Positions 35,751 through 49,209 of a stretch of DNA of 64,000 bases are shown here, in pieces (position 1 is the first letter of the stretch; the number at the start of each line of letters is the position of its first letter). The stretch lies in contig RDEW01000065.1 of the NCBI GenBank assembly GCA_011109175.1, positions 143,984 to 207,983 on the forward strand, in the 5' to 3' direction. The stretch comes from Dicyema japonicum. Its lineage: Eukaryota > Animalia > Dicyemida. The notes beneath the pieces are model-generated. The model was not told the DNA's origin. It saw only the letters and a program-made list of their open reading frames with translations, and did not search any database. A program made the translations under genes and the position numbers.

Positions 35751-35844
35751 ATAAATCTAAAAACCCGGACATGTGCATGTTTTTAATCAAATAATCAAAA
35801 AGTGAGATAATTAAATATTCGGGTGAAGAAATGTAAACAATAGG

Positions 35845-36811
35845 TTAGAATGACTGCATAACAACACTCTTATGTTCAGCCTGTAAACTGTTATCTCCCA
35901 ATCCACTAAACCCAGAGGCACCCTTGAATATAACACAAAGACCAACCCTCTTCAAATTAATCACATCATATTCGCTTATTGACTTGCCATTGATTGGGTC
36001 CTTCTTATCAATCTTTAAAGCAGTTTTAATGCAATCCAACTTCATAACAATACATCTAAAATAGTAAAACATAATACGATGTTTTCAAAATAGCTGAGGG
36101 CACGGAATTCCCGAGGGGATCCCCACTCACTGGGCATATATAACGATCGTCACTCCCGCCAAGTTGTGTGGATCTGTCCCTGGAGCAGGTTCGAATCTGA
36201 TTTCTATCAAATCCTTGAACTTTAGGGGCTTCCCAGTCATCGGACACAACACAGCTTTCGACTGGGGTTATAAAAAACACAGACTGGTGGGTCTGGTGGC
36301 GTCAGCTTGTATTCTGGGGTCAACGAAGGAATCCAAAAACAGTTCAACTCCTTGTTTTCGACAGTAGATGTGCCCGTCTTCATGACCTTGTGAGATCTGT
36401 TTGTTATAGACGCTTCCAAATCAGCATATTTCCGTTTCTTCTGATCATCTTGGCGGGCTTTATCTTTAGAATCTTTGGCCTTCTGTTCTTCCTTCCACCT
36501 CTGGTACTCCTTGGTCTTTCGTTCAATTTCCCTCTTAGAATTGACGATGTACTCTAGAATGGACTCTTTATCGAACAAATATCCGTCAGGACTGCAGTTA
36601 ATGAGTAAATTACTTTATCATTGGGTGAGCACAGGGCTGCATTGTAAGACAACAGCAGTCAAAATCCTATATTGTCTATAATGACTACTTTGACTGAATC
36701 CTTAGACATTCTAAGTGTCTGAGATCCGTATCCTGATGATTTTGAATCCTTCTTTCTTTCGTTGTACGAGTATACTGAGTTTGCTGTTGCATTTCTGCCA
36801 TGACGAGTCAT
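35845..36811 (-). CDS. NOSIP: Nitric oxide synthase-interacting protein; introns 36667-36688, 36592-36613, 36262-36284, 36056-36077, 35923-35946
   Basis: MTRHGRNATA..GYGSQ..KDSVKDFDCCCLT, PDGYLFDKESILEYI, FWIPSLTP, CPMTGKPL, RYICPVSGD; 22-24 nt GT-AG introns. Confidence 0.95.
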
Positions 36812-37659
36812 TTTCAACAACAAGCAACTAAATGTTTTAAAATTTTGTTATAATATTCGAATATATTTATTTATAGTCTTAAATATTAAATTATTTACAA
36901 TTTTTAGTCAAGCATGCATTCAATAATATAATAATTACATTAAAATTTCGGCCACGTGCTTTTTCTTTTTTAAATAAAGTGTGGGTTTTTCCTACGCGGA
37001 GGTTAAGTAATGGAAACATTACTACTCCTCGGTTGAAGGGCTGGAAAAATTAATTTGGTTTACTGATTTCGTGTACATTTGTGCTACTTGACGCTTTAAG
37101 GAAACCAAAGTTCTATCAGCTGATCTTTTGAGTTGGGAGTTTCAAAATTGATAATCCCAGTGACTGCCAGAGTCAAATTCGTTTGTATCTCAGTGGTCAT
37201 CATGAATTTGTTGGTGAAGACAAGTTGGTGATCTTTTCTGTTTCCTTGGAATGTCAATATTTTACCTGGAAGTGCCACTAGCTACATGGTCTTATGTAAT
37301 TCAAAGTACTCTCCGTCGTACACAAAATTAAAAGTACCTGTTTTGATAGAGCTCGATGCCATACACCGTCAAAAGTTAAACGGATTCCAGTTCAGCAAAT
37401 TTCTTGAATCAACTTATTTTGAATGTCTCATGTAAATAATTCTTTTTCAATATTTATAAAACTGAAGATATTATCCTGAGTCCGTAACTAGGTCGGTGAT
37501 TTCTTGGTAAATAAGTGAAGCACTTTTACAATATCTATAATCCATATAGCCACTGTGTACAACAATTTTCAATGCCAGTATCTTTTATGCTCCTATTGTC
37601 AATTGTCAACATTTTTCAGCATTTTCAGATTGTTTCCTAAAACAAGAGAAAATAAGCCC

Positions 37660-38180
37660 TGTCGGTGGACATAAGACAGATACTCAGGTCAGGTTCGATA
37701 AACCTGATATTTTTGTCCACGATAAGATGAAGAATGAAATTGTACTTATTGAAAATGGGATTACTTCTCAAGGATTATTGAAACATACAGAAGTAGAAAA
37801 GTTACTAAGTACGATTTATTGGCTAGATAGCTCAAACTAATTTATGGTGCCACAGTAAAAGTCATACATATTGTTCTAACGTGGGACGGTGTCGTTTCGA
37901 AGGCCTATAAATCTCACTCGGGAGCCACCGCAATCGATGCACCGACTAGAACATACAATCAATCCGTTGTCCTCAAGAAGACTTTGGAGAGTATGTTGGT
38001 GGAGTATAAATAATGGGTGCCCACTATCGTGGAAGATTTGGTTACAACAACCAATCAACTAGTGGAATTAGCAATCAGTTCGATGACGTTCTAGGCAACC
38101 CAGGTGGGGAAGAAACGGTTGGTTTTCAGGTCAACAACTCTTCTTCTAAAGCGAGAAAGGTCTAGAAGCAGCTAGTAATT
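37660..38180 (+). mobile_element. R4/Dong-like restriction-endonuclease fragment
   Basis: DKPDIFVHDK, IENGITSQ, IVLTWDGVV, KKTLES. Confidence 0.7.
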
Positions 38181-38394
38181 TTTATTTAATTGTGTTTTCC
38201 GTAAAATAAATATCGGTCCTTTTATACAGCCCTGCCGCAAAGGATTAGTAATGTAAATTTCAGCTTAGGAAAAACTCACATTTAAGAAGAACAGTCTTAC
38301 TAATTACTCCAAGGCATTGAGAATGTCCTTGACTTCTCGTTCTTTTTTACTTTCGAGTCGTAGAAAATAAGAATGAATTAATATTATTATTTAT

Positions 38395-38705
38395 TAACCC
38401 GGGATACACCGAGAAAGAAGTTAAAGTAAACAACTGATTAAGTGTATCCAGTTTTCACTTCTACGGAAACAGAGCCCATCCGGAATCACCATAAAAGGAA
38501 AAAAACTTCCATTACTTGCAGTTGTGGAAAACCCTCCAGTAAAGTGGGGAAGAGCAAATGATCCTTTTTCGTGCCGGGCTGGCACTGGGCGCCACACAGA
38601 CAGGTGGATCACATGACGTCACTCTAAAAGAAAGAGAGAGGAGGAACAGACAAACCAACAGAAAACTTCAACCAATTAGCCACGTAGCACCACATGGGCC
38701 ACTAG
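38395..38705 (-). mobile_element. SINE-like element (~310 bp) with pseudoknot motif (38560-38620) and LINE-type 3' tail
   Basis: Highly similar to 48362-48655 and 17190-17470. Confidence 0.8.
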
Positions 38706-38769
38706 GAATTTATTTTTAAAAATATAATTTTAGAATAGTTCATTTTAAATAAAAAAAGTTAATTAAGTA

Positions 38770-39273
38770 CCTCGGTGCTAGTCAAGCACAATAAACCGGA
38801 CATTGTGGTACACGATAAGGAGTCTGGCCAAGTCCTTATCATAGAAGTTGGCATCACGTCTCAAGACCGTTTGCAGACTGGGGAGGTGGAGAAAAAAAGG
38901 AAGTATGACTTTCTTGCAAACGAGATGAGGCAGATGCTTGGTTGGAAGGTCCTCGTTATTCTTATAGTAATGACGTGGAAAGGAATTGCAACGAAGTACC
39001 ACAAGGGTTATCTGAAGCAGTTGGGGGTAGATAGGAAGCTCTAGGCCTATCTACAGTCCACTGTGTTAAAGCGGACCCTAGAGAACCTGACACTGGAGTA
39101 TAGGAGGCAGATCCCTGAGATGCCATATGGGCAGAGGGTTCAATTGGACAAGGCGCTCTCGGAGTTGTTTCAGCAACCAGAATCGAACCTGCCTGAGGAG
39201 GCTGGCGAACAGGCAGGCGAGGAAGGTTGTTGATTATTAAATATATTAACTTTTTTATTGTTTGTTAAATAAA
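38770..39273 (+). mobile_element. R4/Dong-like 3' fragment (REL domain plus 3' UTR)
   Basis: HNKPDIVVHDK..IIEVGITSQD..EKKRKYD PD-(D/E)xK-type motif; 3' 140 bp duplicated at 60250-60391. Confidence 0.8.
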
Positions 39274-39358
39274 GTTTAATATTTAATTTGAAATTTGAAT
39301 AATTATCTGCCGTGCTTTGCTTTTGTTTCTTGTTGTTTTGTAACTTTTTTAACGGAAA

Positions 39359-42300
39359 ATGGATGGATTGTTCGACAATGACTTGTTTTCAGTATTTAAC
39401 GGAGAAAACAAAAAGAATAGCAAGAAACTTAAAAGAAAAAACTCATCGACGACGAGCAAAAACGAAAGTGGAGCCAAAAAGTCTACAAAGTAGTCCCTAA
39501 TTGGTTCTACTTAGTTCTTCTAGCCTACCAGAACCGGACAACGATGTAGTTTACCTTGGTACTGTAAATTACGACGAAGAATCCTCAAAAATGTATTTAA
39601 TGAACTCACTTCAGATTACCAAACTCAAGTGACCTTAAAGACTTCGAAATTACAGATAAAAGTGAATTTTCATGGTAACTGTTATTTTTTATTTCTCAGT
39701 TTCCTTCAATCTTCAGAACGAGCCCACATTTACAGAATTGAATCCTCAGATAAGTGTCTTCACGAGGTAGCCAGCCGTAATTACTATTTTCAAGGTTGCG
39801 GTCCCCCATGACGAAGATTTGAAAACTTTGCATGCTCGTGTACCACCTGTGAGAGAGTTTCCATTCAAATTGGATGGCTTTCAAAGGGAAGCAATAAAAT
39901 GTCTGGACAATGACCAGTCAGTCTTGGTTTCGGCCCACACCTCGGCAGGGAAGACAGTCGTCGCCGAGTTTTGCTTTAATGACTAAATCAAAGATATGCC
40001 ATAGCCAAGTGTGTGGAGGAACACAGAATGGTGATCTATACGACCCCAATAAAGGCTTTAAGCAACCAAAAGTACAGAGACTTGCAGGAGAAGTTCATCG
40101 ATGTCGGTCTTGTAACAGGAGACGTGACTTATAATCCCAATGCCAAGATTTTGGTGATGACAACTGAGGTATATTCTAACTGATTGTAGATTCTGAGGAA
40201 TATGTTGTACAGGGATCACAAGTTATGAGAGAAGTCGGTGGGTCGTCTTTGATGAAATCCACTACATGCGAGACAGAGGTTATATTGTTTTTTATCTCTA
40301 GAGAGGGGAGTTGTCTGGGAAGAAACTATCATTCTTTTGCCTGATACTGTCCACTATGTGTTCTTGTCAGCAACTATTCCTAATGCCTCCCAATTTGCTG
40401 GATGGATTTGCCAGCTTCACAATCAGGTTGATGAGCATATATATCTTAGCATTGTCACGTGGTCTACACTGATTTCCGACCGACTCCGTTGCAGCATTTT
40501 ATTTATCCTTGTGGGGGAGAAGGAATAAACTTAATTGTTGACGAAAATGTATTAACTTGCTGTTATTTTAGGGTCAATTCAAATCGGAGAGTTTTGAGAA
40601 GGCTATCAAGCAAATTAGAAAGTCAGGTACCGCATCTAATACGACCACTCGTCCCAGAGTTTCTGGACAGTCTGGTTCACTCATTTTTATATTAAATAGC
40701 AAAGTCTAACATTCACAAGGTTGTCAGTTTTATTTCTGATGAAAACATGACGCCTGCAATAATATTTAGCTTTTCGAGAAAGGATTGTGAAGCTTATGGT
40801 CTAGAAATGGCAAAAATGGACTTTACTTCCAATGGTTTGTGATTTTTGCTGACTTTTAGACGAAAAGAGTATAATTCAGGAAATATTTTTAAATGCTATT
40901 GCCGATCTGTCTGATGAAGACAGAAAACTCCCACAAATACAAAACATGACTCCGCTTTTGAAAAAAGGGATAGGAATTCATCATTCTGGTCTTATGCCTA
41001 TGGTAAAAGAGATTGTGGAAATCCTTTTCGGAGAGGGACTTTTGAAGGTATTCGTTTTGTAACAATTAAAGGTTCTGTTTGCGACAGAAACTTTTGCAAT
41101 GGGAGTGAATATGCCTGCTCGGACGGTTGTCTTTTCTAGTATGAGAAAATTCGACGGGAAACAAGTACGATCAATTACACCTGGGGAATACATTCAAATG
41201 AGTGGAAGAGCGGGGCGACGAGGACTGGATAAAATTGGGACCTCAATAATGATGGTTGATCAACAGTTTACGTCATCAGAGTGTCGAGATTTGTTTATGG
41301 TGTTTTTATATGTTAATTTGGCAGGGATCAGCTGATCCACTAAACAGTGCATTTCATTTGACTTATAACATGATCCTTCAGTTGCTTAGAGTAGAAGGAA
41401 TTAATCCTGAATATATTATGGGGAGGTCATTCTTCCAATTTCAAAATTATGCTGCGATTCCTGGTCTGCTTGATGGTTAGTTCGATTGTTACTGGTAGAT
41501 TTGAACACTTTGGAGCAGAAGTATTTATCCACCAAAATCCCCAATGAGGAGGAGATTGCTGAGTATTACACTACAAGGAAGCATTTAGCATTGGCTGAAA
41601 ATAAAATGCTTAAATTCTTACAAGATCCTATAAATTCTGTCCCCTTTCTGCAAGTTGGGAGACTCATAATGGTAGTAAAGTGAGTTACTTTAGATACGTC
41701 GAGATGAAGGTGACGATGCGTCCTCTTCTGTTTGGGCAGTTGTCCTTAACTGCTATAAGTCGGAAGGGAAAGATGTTATTAATTATTATAATTTGTAGAA
41801 AAGTACTGATGAGAGTAAGAAATCCAGGACTTATGCGATTGATATTATGCTGGGTAACGGAAAACAACCTCAGGTTTATATTAGAGATAGTAGGTTTAAT
41901 TGCAGATCATGAGTTTTACGCTTAATCAAGTCCGTAAGAATTAGCAGTGTGTGTCTTAAACTGCCCAAAGATCTATCTGGTGAGGATAATCAGCGACGTG
42001 TGCTGAGGATTATGGAGGTTGTTATTTGATATAATGTTTAGGAAGTCTCTAACAGATTTAAAGGGAATATTCCGCTGATTGATCCAGTGGAGGATATGAA
42101 AATAAAGAACACTGAGATTTCCTCAATTGTTGATAAAATGAAGGTTTTTGAGGAGAGGATGCAATTGCATCCATTTCATCATTCCCCCAATAAGGCTGAG
42201 CTTTGTGCTGCGTATCATTCAAAGCAACAGGTTCTTGTAATTATAAAATTCAGTTGGGGGAGAAAATAAAGTCTCTAAAACTTGATTTGAAACATAAAAA

Positions 42301-42978
42301 GTCATTGCTTCAAATGGACGAACTAAAATGCAGGAAGCGAGTGCTAAGGAGACTCAACTTTATAAACTCTAATGATGTGATTGACATGAAAGGACGGATT
42401 GCTTGTGAGATTTCAAGGTTTATTTATTTTTAATTTTTAGTGGAGACGAGTTGTTACTCACAGAACTGGTTTTTGCAGGATTCTTCAATGCTCTCTCCTG
42501 TGAGGACATTTGCTCAATTCTCAGCTGTTTTGTGTTCGAAATAAAGTCCACTTCTTTCCCCAAACTTTCTGAGATTTTAATGACTTGCTTATCGAAATTA
42601 CAGGTTTTATGGTCGTTTAATTGTCAGGAAACTGCCAGAAGGATATCCGCTATTTCAGTTGAGTGCAAGTTGGATGTTGATGAGGATGAATACGTCGACT
42701 CGTTTAAGTCTGGGTTGATGGAAGTTTGCCGTGCATGGGCTGGTGGAATGTCTTTCAGTGGAATATGTGAACTGACTGATTATTTTGAGGGATGCGTTAT
42801 TAGATCAATTAGGAGTATTGAAGAGTTGTTGAATGATTTGATAAGAGTGTCTAAGAATATGGGCTGTATTGAATTGGAAGAAAAGTTTCAAAAAATGTAT
42901 TTTTATCTTAACCCCTTTATAATAGGCATTTCCCTTATCAAGAGAGATATTGTATTTTCTTCTTCACTTTATTTGTAA
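39359..42978 (+). CDS. MTREX: Exosome RNA helicase MTR4 (SKIV2L2/MTREX), ~22 introns of mostly 21-29 nt, a few 1-nt indels
   Basis: DLFSVF N-terminus, [66 protein letters not shown]-terminus. Confidence 0.97.
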
Positions 42979-43479
42979 TAATTAGTTTTTTGATTAAATT
43001 TAATAATTACGATTTACTTTTAATATACCTTGTCTTGTGTTTTTGGCATACGATCTTCTAGGTTAGTACGTACTTGAATACGTATTTTACTATAATTATT
43101 TTATTACAAATCCTAACAGGGGATACACCCGTTTACTGTTGTTCTTGGAACAGCCGATTACACTTGCTGATATTGGAAAGGATCATCTACCGATCTTTTA
43201 TAATCGCAACTTCTCTTCTGTAGAGGTTTAATTTTGTTTTCTAATTTGGATCTTGATCCAACTCTCTCATTTCTTACCTGAAATCGTGCCTCGAAACGTA
43301 TCCAAATCAAGTTTATTTGGTTAACAAAAAATCTCATTTGCTATCGAAATATGTAGTAATAGCATTGTTTGATAAACAAACTTTGGCCATGTCCCGATTC
43401 GCACTAACTGTTCCTTGGAGGTCCAAAATTTGAAATTAGTTTTTAATAACATTTTCTGGCAAATCTTGAGGATGGAGTT

Positions 43480-43860
43480 ATCATCCAAACAGAGTAATGA
43501 AAAGCTGCTATGTCTTTCTGAGGTCCGTTTTCATGAAAAGCCGAGGATAACTTTGCCGGTCGTTCTACAAAGGTCTTGATAATATGTTGAAAAATGGCCA
43601 GGATTTCCTACGTTTCTGCAAAGAGCTAGGACACTCATTCAGAGATAGGGTTGCTCACGCAGAGGAATGTACAGGACAAACACTTTATTTAAGAACAGAT
43701 AATTAATAGTTGGAAGGGCCAAAATGCATGTTTTTAACTTCTTTATTTTGGTTACGTGCGGGTCTGTAAAAAACTGATACCATATTAGGTATTACTGATG
43801 ATGGTGTACTATTTTCCTATGCACTGTAGGTTTCACAAGAGGACTCGGATGACATACGTC
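43480..43860. mobile_element. LINE 3' fragment (+) abutting a decayed copy of the tRNA-SINE body (-)
   Basis: KNGQDFLRFCKELG matches the 29300 family; CACTTTATTTAAGAACAG matches 13785-13810. Confidence 0.55.
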
Positions 43861-44689
43861 AATAGACACGCTCTCATGGATTCTCTTGATCACGGTTACT
43901 CTATGTGCGGATATTTTTTGTTCCTTAAAATAACATTCAAGAAAAGTCTTTAGTAAAACATAAAGATAAATTTGTTTTTAATGAAGCTCCATAAAATTGA
44001 AAAAGTTTTAAAAGGTCATCTTATTGAGGATCTATCTATCCTCTTCTTTTAAAACGTTTGTTGGCAGAATGAAAAAATCAAGAAAAATACCATAAAATCG
44101 CCTGTTCGAGGTCACATATAGGACCGTCCTCGAAAAGTTTCTAGAAGTCACATATAAGATTATAGTTACTTTTGGGATCTTCGTCTTGAGTACATGTGGA
44201 TACGACTATCCTTGTATGATTAATATTGTAATGGTCAATACAGGGTAGCTGAAACTATTTTGTTTGAAACTATTGATCTCATCATTAGATAATTTTGCTA
44301 TACTTAAGAAAATGGATCGTTTTGTGGTATTGAGAATATGAGCAGCATATTTCGCATCTTTAAAGAGATGATTCTCCAAGTTCTTTTCAATTTTGACTTG
44401 AAGGGATCTGAACTTTGGGAAATATTACTATGGAGTCAATTCTATATTTAGTGACGTTTCTGGCAGACAACATTTGTCTCAGTTGTGAAGATTGTAGAAG
44501 GGTACGACCTGGACTATATGAGATTACTGACTCACGATCAAGGCTATAAGTACTATGCTTCACGCGAATGTTTGATGATTTTTTTACATTTTCTTTTCAC
44601 CTCCACAGTTATTACTTTCCCTTTATGTTGGTGCATTAATAATATCATCTTCAACCATTTGCATTCTAACTGAGCATGTATTATTATAT

Positions 44690-46640
44690 GCACTCATCGT
44701 CTCCTCTCTTTAGGTATTTCCTCACTCTTTGGAGGTCTTTGTGCAGTAAGGAGTATTATCCTTGGTCGGCCACGAAAGCATTTCCCCTCGAACATGAAGT
44801 GATCCTCCATCGAGCATGTGACTTAAATATTATTATTAAAACGCACTCCTGAAAAAACATAAATTAGTTAAGTTTCCCTTGTGTCGTATTCCTAATCATC
44901 CTCTCCGTCAGCCTCGACCATGATCCTCCGTAACTCGCTAATTCTCTTAGTTAGTTCAGGTCGTCCGCCGAAGTTAGTCTCATGCCAACCGCCGATAGGT
45001 CTGGAAGAGGTAAAAGATATCATTTTTGTTCACGATAGGCCAAAATGTCGTTCTTGGCCTTCCGCGGAATCCGACTCCTGTTTGTGCAAAGATGTTTCCA
45101 TTGTGATATTTGCGTGGACCTGGTCATTTAGACGTAACACGTGGCCAAAAGGCTCCATCTTAATTTGAAAATATCATCTGACAGCACGCCGGATTTGCAT
45201 TTATTATAAAGGTTTGCATTAGAGATTTCATAGGCCAGTTGATCTTGATTACCGATTTGAGCTGAGCTCTGTGGAAGGAATCAAGACGATCCATTTCCCG
45301 TTTAGAGATTCCCCAAGTCCCGGAGTCGTAGGGTATACCGGGATAACAAAAGCTTTGTATATTCTAAGCCTGGTGTTAAGTCCTATCCTCTTCTTGTCGC
45401 TCCATTTTGACGATATTTTTTTCAGTGCACTCATAGCGATGATCTTCTTACGAGTAACATCTTCAGAGTCTCCTAGAAGCGAGCCAACCTTCTTTTGCTT
45501 CTCCATGACTCGTCCGATCTCCGATCATAACATGTAAGCGTTGTAAACTCCGTTTTGTCGGTATTTACGGTATGAACCATTTCGAAAATATGTGTTGTGG
45601 GAGTACGCTGAGCATGTGCTGAAGTGTTTGAGTATCTTCCGAGACAAATCCAGATCGTCCACATAAATTATCTCGTCATAATTGTTTCCAATCATGGCCC
45701 TGAACTCTCTTAGTGCAGCTTCAAGATAAACATGAAAAGGACCGGGGATAGCGAGTCTCCCTGTGGAACTCCACGTGAAGTCGGAAAAAAGTTGGAAGTA
45801 CATTTGCCAATTTTAACAGAAAAGTTAGTGTTCTGCAATGAGAAGGCGTATTATTTTAACGTCTTCTGGGTGAAGAAAACTCTTCAGAACTTCCATAAGT
45901 TTTCCTTGATGTACCGAATCGAATGCACGGGACATATCAATGGCAAGTATTTCAATAGATTTTTATATTTTTGGCATAGAGCACAATACCATCTGTGTCC
46001 CCAAACTACATCGGCTAGACCTGCCTGTCCGAAATCCACTTTGGCCGGGGATAGAATTTGTTCACTTGTTTTTTATCCGGTGTAATGTAATGAGGGACAG
46101 TGTTTTGTGTATGAAAGTTAGTAGAATTATTGGTCTAAGGTTGCAAAGGAGACCTTTAGCTTTCTCGGGTTTTTGTAGAGGTATTAGCCACCCTCTTTCC
46201 AGTTCAACGCATTGTCTTCCTGGAGAGACCGATTGAAAACATTAGTGATCATTTTGGCTAGCTCCTCAGGGGGATGTTTTAAAAGTTCTGCTGGGATATT
46301 ATCTGGTCCTGTAGTTCTTCCGATGTCCAGTTTTTTGATTGCTTGAAGAGTTTCCGGAACGGTTAATAAAGTGGATTTGTCAGGTTTCGATAGTTTCATT
46401 GTGTGGTTAATTTTGCTGTGCGTGTTGAAGATATGATCAGAATGATATATTAGCATTGTTAACGTCTCCAATGGTTATCTTGGACACTGATCAGGGCCGA
46501 ACTCCTCCCTCTATTGAGGAGGCGAATTGCATTGAACATCCTTGGTCCATCTTTATATTTCGTTATTTCGGAAAATTGATTTTCTGCTTCACTTGTGACT
46601 TTAATTATCATTAATATGTCTGAGATCAATGTTCCAAAGA
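44690..46640 (-). mobile_element. Decayed RTE-like RT region
   Basis: TGPDNIPAELLK, GVPQGDSLSP, YVDD, KKVGSLLGD, RLRIYKAFV. Confidence 0.75.
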
Positions 46641-46785
46641 TCACAGTAAAACCAAACTAACTAATCACATGAACTCGAAAAACTGGACCAACACCCTTAT
46701 CTTGGCTCGTTGTCCCTCCTTCAAACCCACACAAGCACATATACGGGATAGAACACGATAATTACACGAGCGCCCTCCTCGATTC

Positions 46786-46930
46786 TTACGAATTAGTGAT
46801 TCCAGATGGGTTGATGAGAAATCTTCCGATACTGGAGAGAAATGTATCCGTCTCTCTCACGACCCCGAAAGTCTCCACCGCAATAGGATAAATGTTAGTT
46901 ATTGCTAAGTGACCCCTACTTTCTGATTTT
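46786..46930 (-). mobile_element. CRE-like endonuclease fragment
   Basis: YPIAVETFG motif. Confidence 0.5.
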
Positions 46931-47283
46931 TCCTCCGCCTTGTCTGTCACAAAATCAATAGCACATAAACTCGATTTCATTCAAGTTATGTTAATTTATA
47001 AATTATCCGTTATTTGAATTGGTGACTAAACATTTGCGTTGAAATTTTATATCAAAAATTGTTAGTCAATAATCCATTTTAACCGCTTTTATTATACACA
47101 TTCTTCGTAAAATCCAAGTGAGTTTGAGAATACTTGGATGACTTTGTCAACAATTTACGCCCTAAATGGTTGAAATTGCTGATTTTATGATTTGCTATTG
47201 TAAAAATTCCCTTTAAATGCACTACGGAGCATATTCCCGCATTCTGTTATGTCTAGTCATTATATTGAGAGCTTTCTCAACAA

Positions 47284-48147
47284 ATGGAAATCTTTGAGAA
47301 AAGAAAGATTACGGGAGTTAATGAAACAAAGATTTGTGAGTATCGGCGTGGTTTATTACGTGGTTTAGGTTCTCCAGCTATTTTAATTGCTAGGTGGGTT
47401 TAATGTTGAAAATTCAGTCAACGTGACTGACAAGCAATTCACGGGCATAAAAGACCAGACTGAATCTAATATCCACAATCACGTTACTAGTGTGGATGAG
47501 GATGTTGTTCCTAAATCTCCAAAAGTGGAATATGATGCTCAAGCAAAACCTGTTAAGAATAAGACTCCAAAGCTCAGAAAAGTTAAAGCAAAAACTTTCT
47601 CCCAATCCTCGGCTAAGAAAGTAAAAAACGAAGCATTCAATGATGCCGTTACGAATGATATAAAGGTGGAGCCCCCGTGTATAGGAAATGATTGGACTAC
47701 CAATGAGTTGGATTCAACCCTTGCTGATTTCAAGGAGAACTTGAATTCAAGTGGACCCTCGGACGTTAAAGATCTCACCGTTGTGCGTAATACTGACATA
47801 AAACTTTCTGAATGTGATAATTCTGATGAACTTGAATCACTTAAAACTTCCTTAAAGCGTAAAAGATCTTCATTCCTACAATCCAGTGGGGAAGAAGTCA
47901 CTTCTGTGCAATCAAATGTGGATGATCTGTTGGAATCAAGTACACTCTTTAATTGCAGGACTTGTTCATTCAATTCTGCTCGCAAAAGGATTATGATCAA
48001 GCATATTCGGACTACACACTTGAGTGAGAAACGACTCCATCTTCAGAGTCTGGGGTTTTTGTAGATTTTGCGACGCGACCTTTAAATATTCAACTGTTTG
48101 TATAAAATGAGAACGATTATCACACGTCAAAACTGAAAAATGAGTGA
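47284..48147 (+). CDS. C2H2 zinc-finger protein (low-complexity N-terminus, two C-terminal fingers; 5' end uncertain)
   Basis: FNCRTCSFNSARKRIMIKHIRTTH is intact; a second finger CRFCDATFKYSTVCIK(H)ENDYH needs two 1-nt corrections; 25-nt intron near 47369-47393. Confidence 0.6.
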
Positions 48148-48361
48148 TCTGATTTTTATTCTGGCTTTGTCTTGTCTTTTATGTTTATTACACATAGACC
48201 TCTCATGTTAGTAAGCTTTTATGTTAGGGTGGTGGAATTTGGTCATAATCAGATGATGGATAATTATGCTGTTGTCATGACGGCGAGTATAGTCAGTACA
48301 TGCTGAGGTCCTAGCTACGCCATGCTCGATGTGGTCCACATGTTAGGTGTGTTATTATTTA

Positions 48362-48655
48362 TTAACCCCGAATACACCGAGAAAGAAGTTAAAGTAAACA
48401 ACTAATTAAGTGTATCCAATTTCCACTTCTACAGTAACAGAGTCCATCCGGAATCAGCATAAAAGGTAAGACGTCTATTACATGTAGTTGTGAAAACCCC
48501 TCCAGTAAAGTGGGGGAGAGCAAATGATCCTTTTTCGTTCCGGCCTGGCACTGGGCGTCACCTAGACAGGTGGATCACATGAAGCCACTCTAATAGGAAG
48601 AGAGAGGAGGAACAGATAAACAAGCAGAAAACTTCAACCAATTAGCCACGCGGCT
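48362..48655 (-). mobile_element. SINE-like element with pseudoknot motif (48526-48586)
   Basis: Copy of 38395-38705. Confidence 0.8.
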
Positions 48656-49209
48656 CTTAAATTAACAACATGTTAGGTGTTGCTTAGTTTGACCCTGAAG
48701 TGGTTGACAAAGAGGAATCATATCTATCCATTCTTACGCATATAATCCGTAATAAGGGATTTTGTATAATTTTTATGATTATCTGTTATTGCATAAAGGT
48801 TTAATAACTCTCAATTCAATGGACAAGTCAATTTTTGGGAATTAAAATTACTGCATCACCTCGTCGAATGGTTAGTCTGTCGGATGATACAAGGGGTGAC
48901 GTACCTCATCTCCTCAAATGAACGTGAAGTTTCGCTCATCTCCTCGTGAAAAAGTAGAAAATGAAGGAAACAAGGTCACTTTGTAATAAAAAAAACTCGG
49001 GACTCCCAGTGCAACTGGAGTTTGCATTAATATTCTAATATGAAAGGGCCGAATTCACTATGCCGTGGGGTTGAATCTTATCTGGAACAAAAATTGGAGG
49101 AAATTGGAAGTCTACTTAAGGCGGTGACAATTACAAAAGGTAATCTTAAAGCAAAACCACGTAAATCTATGTAAAAAATGCACATTCGGAACAAGTATTT
49201 TAGTAAAAA

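Noticed and set aside
40200-40250. Frameshifts in conserved genes (MTR4, MCAT, TBC1D19, zinc finger) read as pseudogenisation, recoding or insertional RNA editing
   Set aside because: They are single-base losses and gains mostly in short runs (e.g. one C missing near 63398, one extra A near 63672) in otherwise intact genes. Long-read consensus error is the simplest explanation; short-read polishing would settle it
47539-48000. 153-aa minus-strand ORF
   Set aside because: Antisense shadow of the zinc-finger gene
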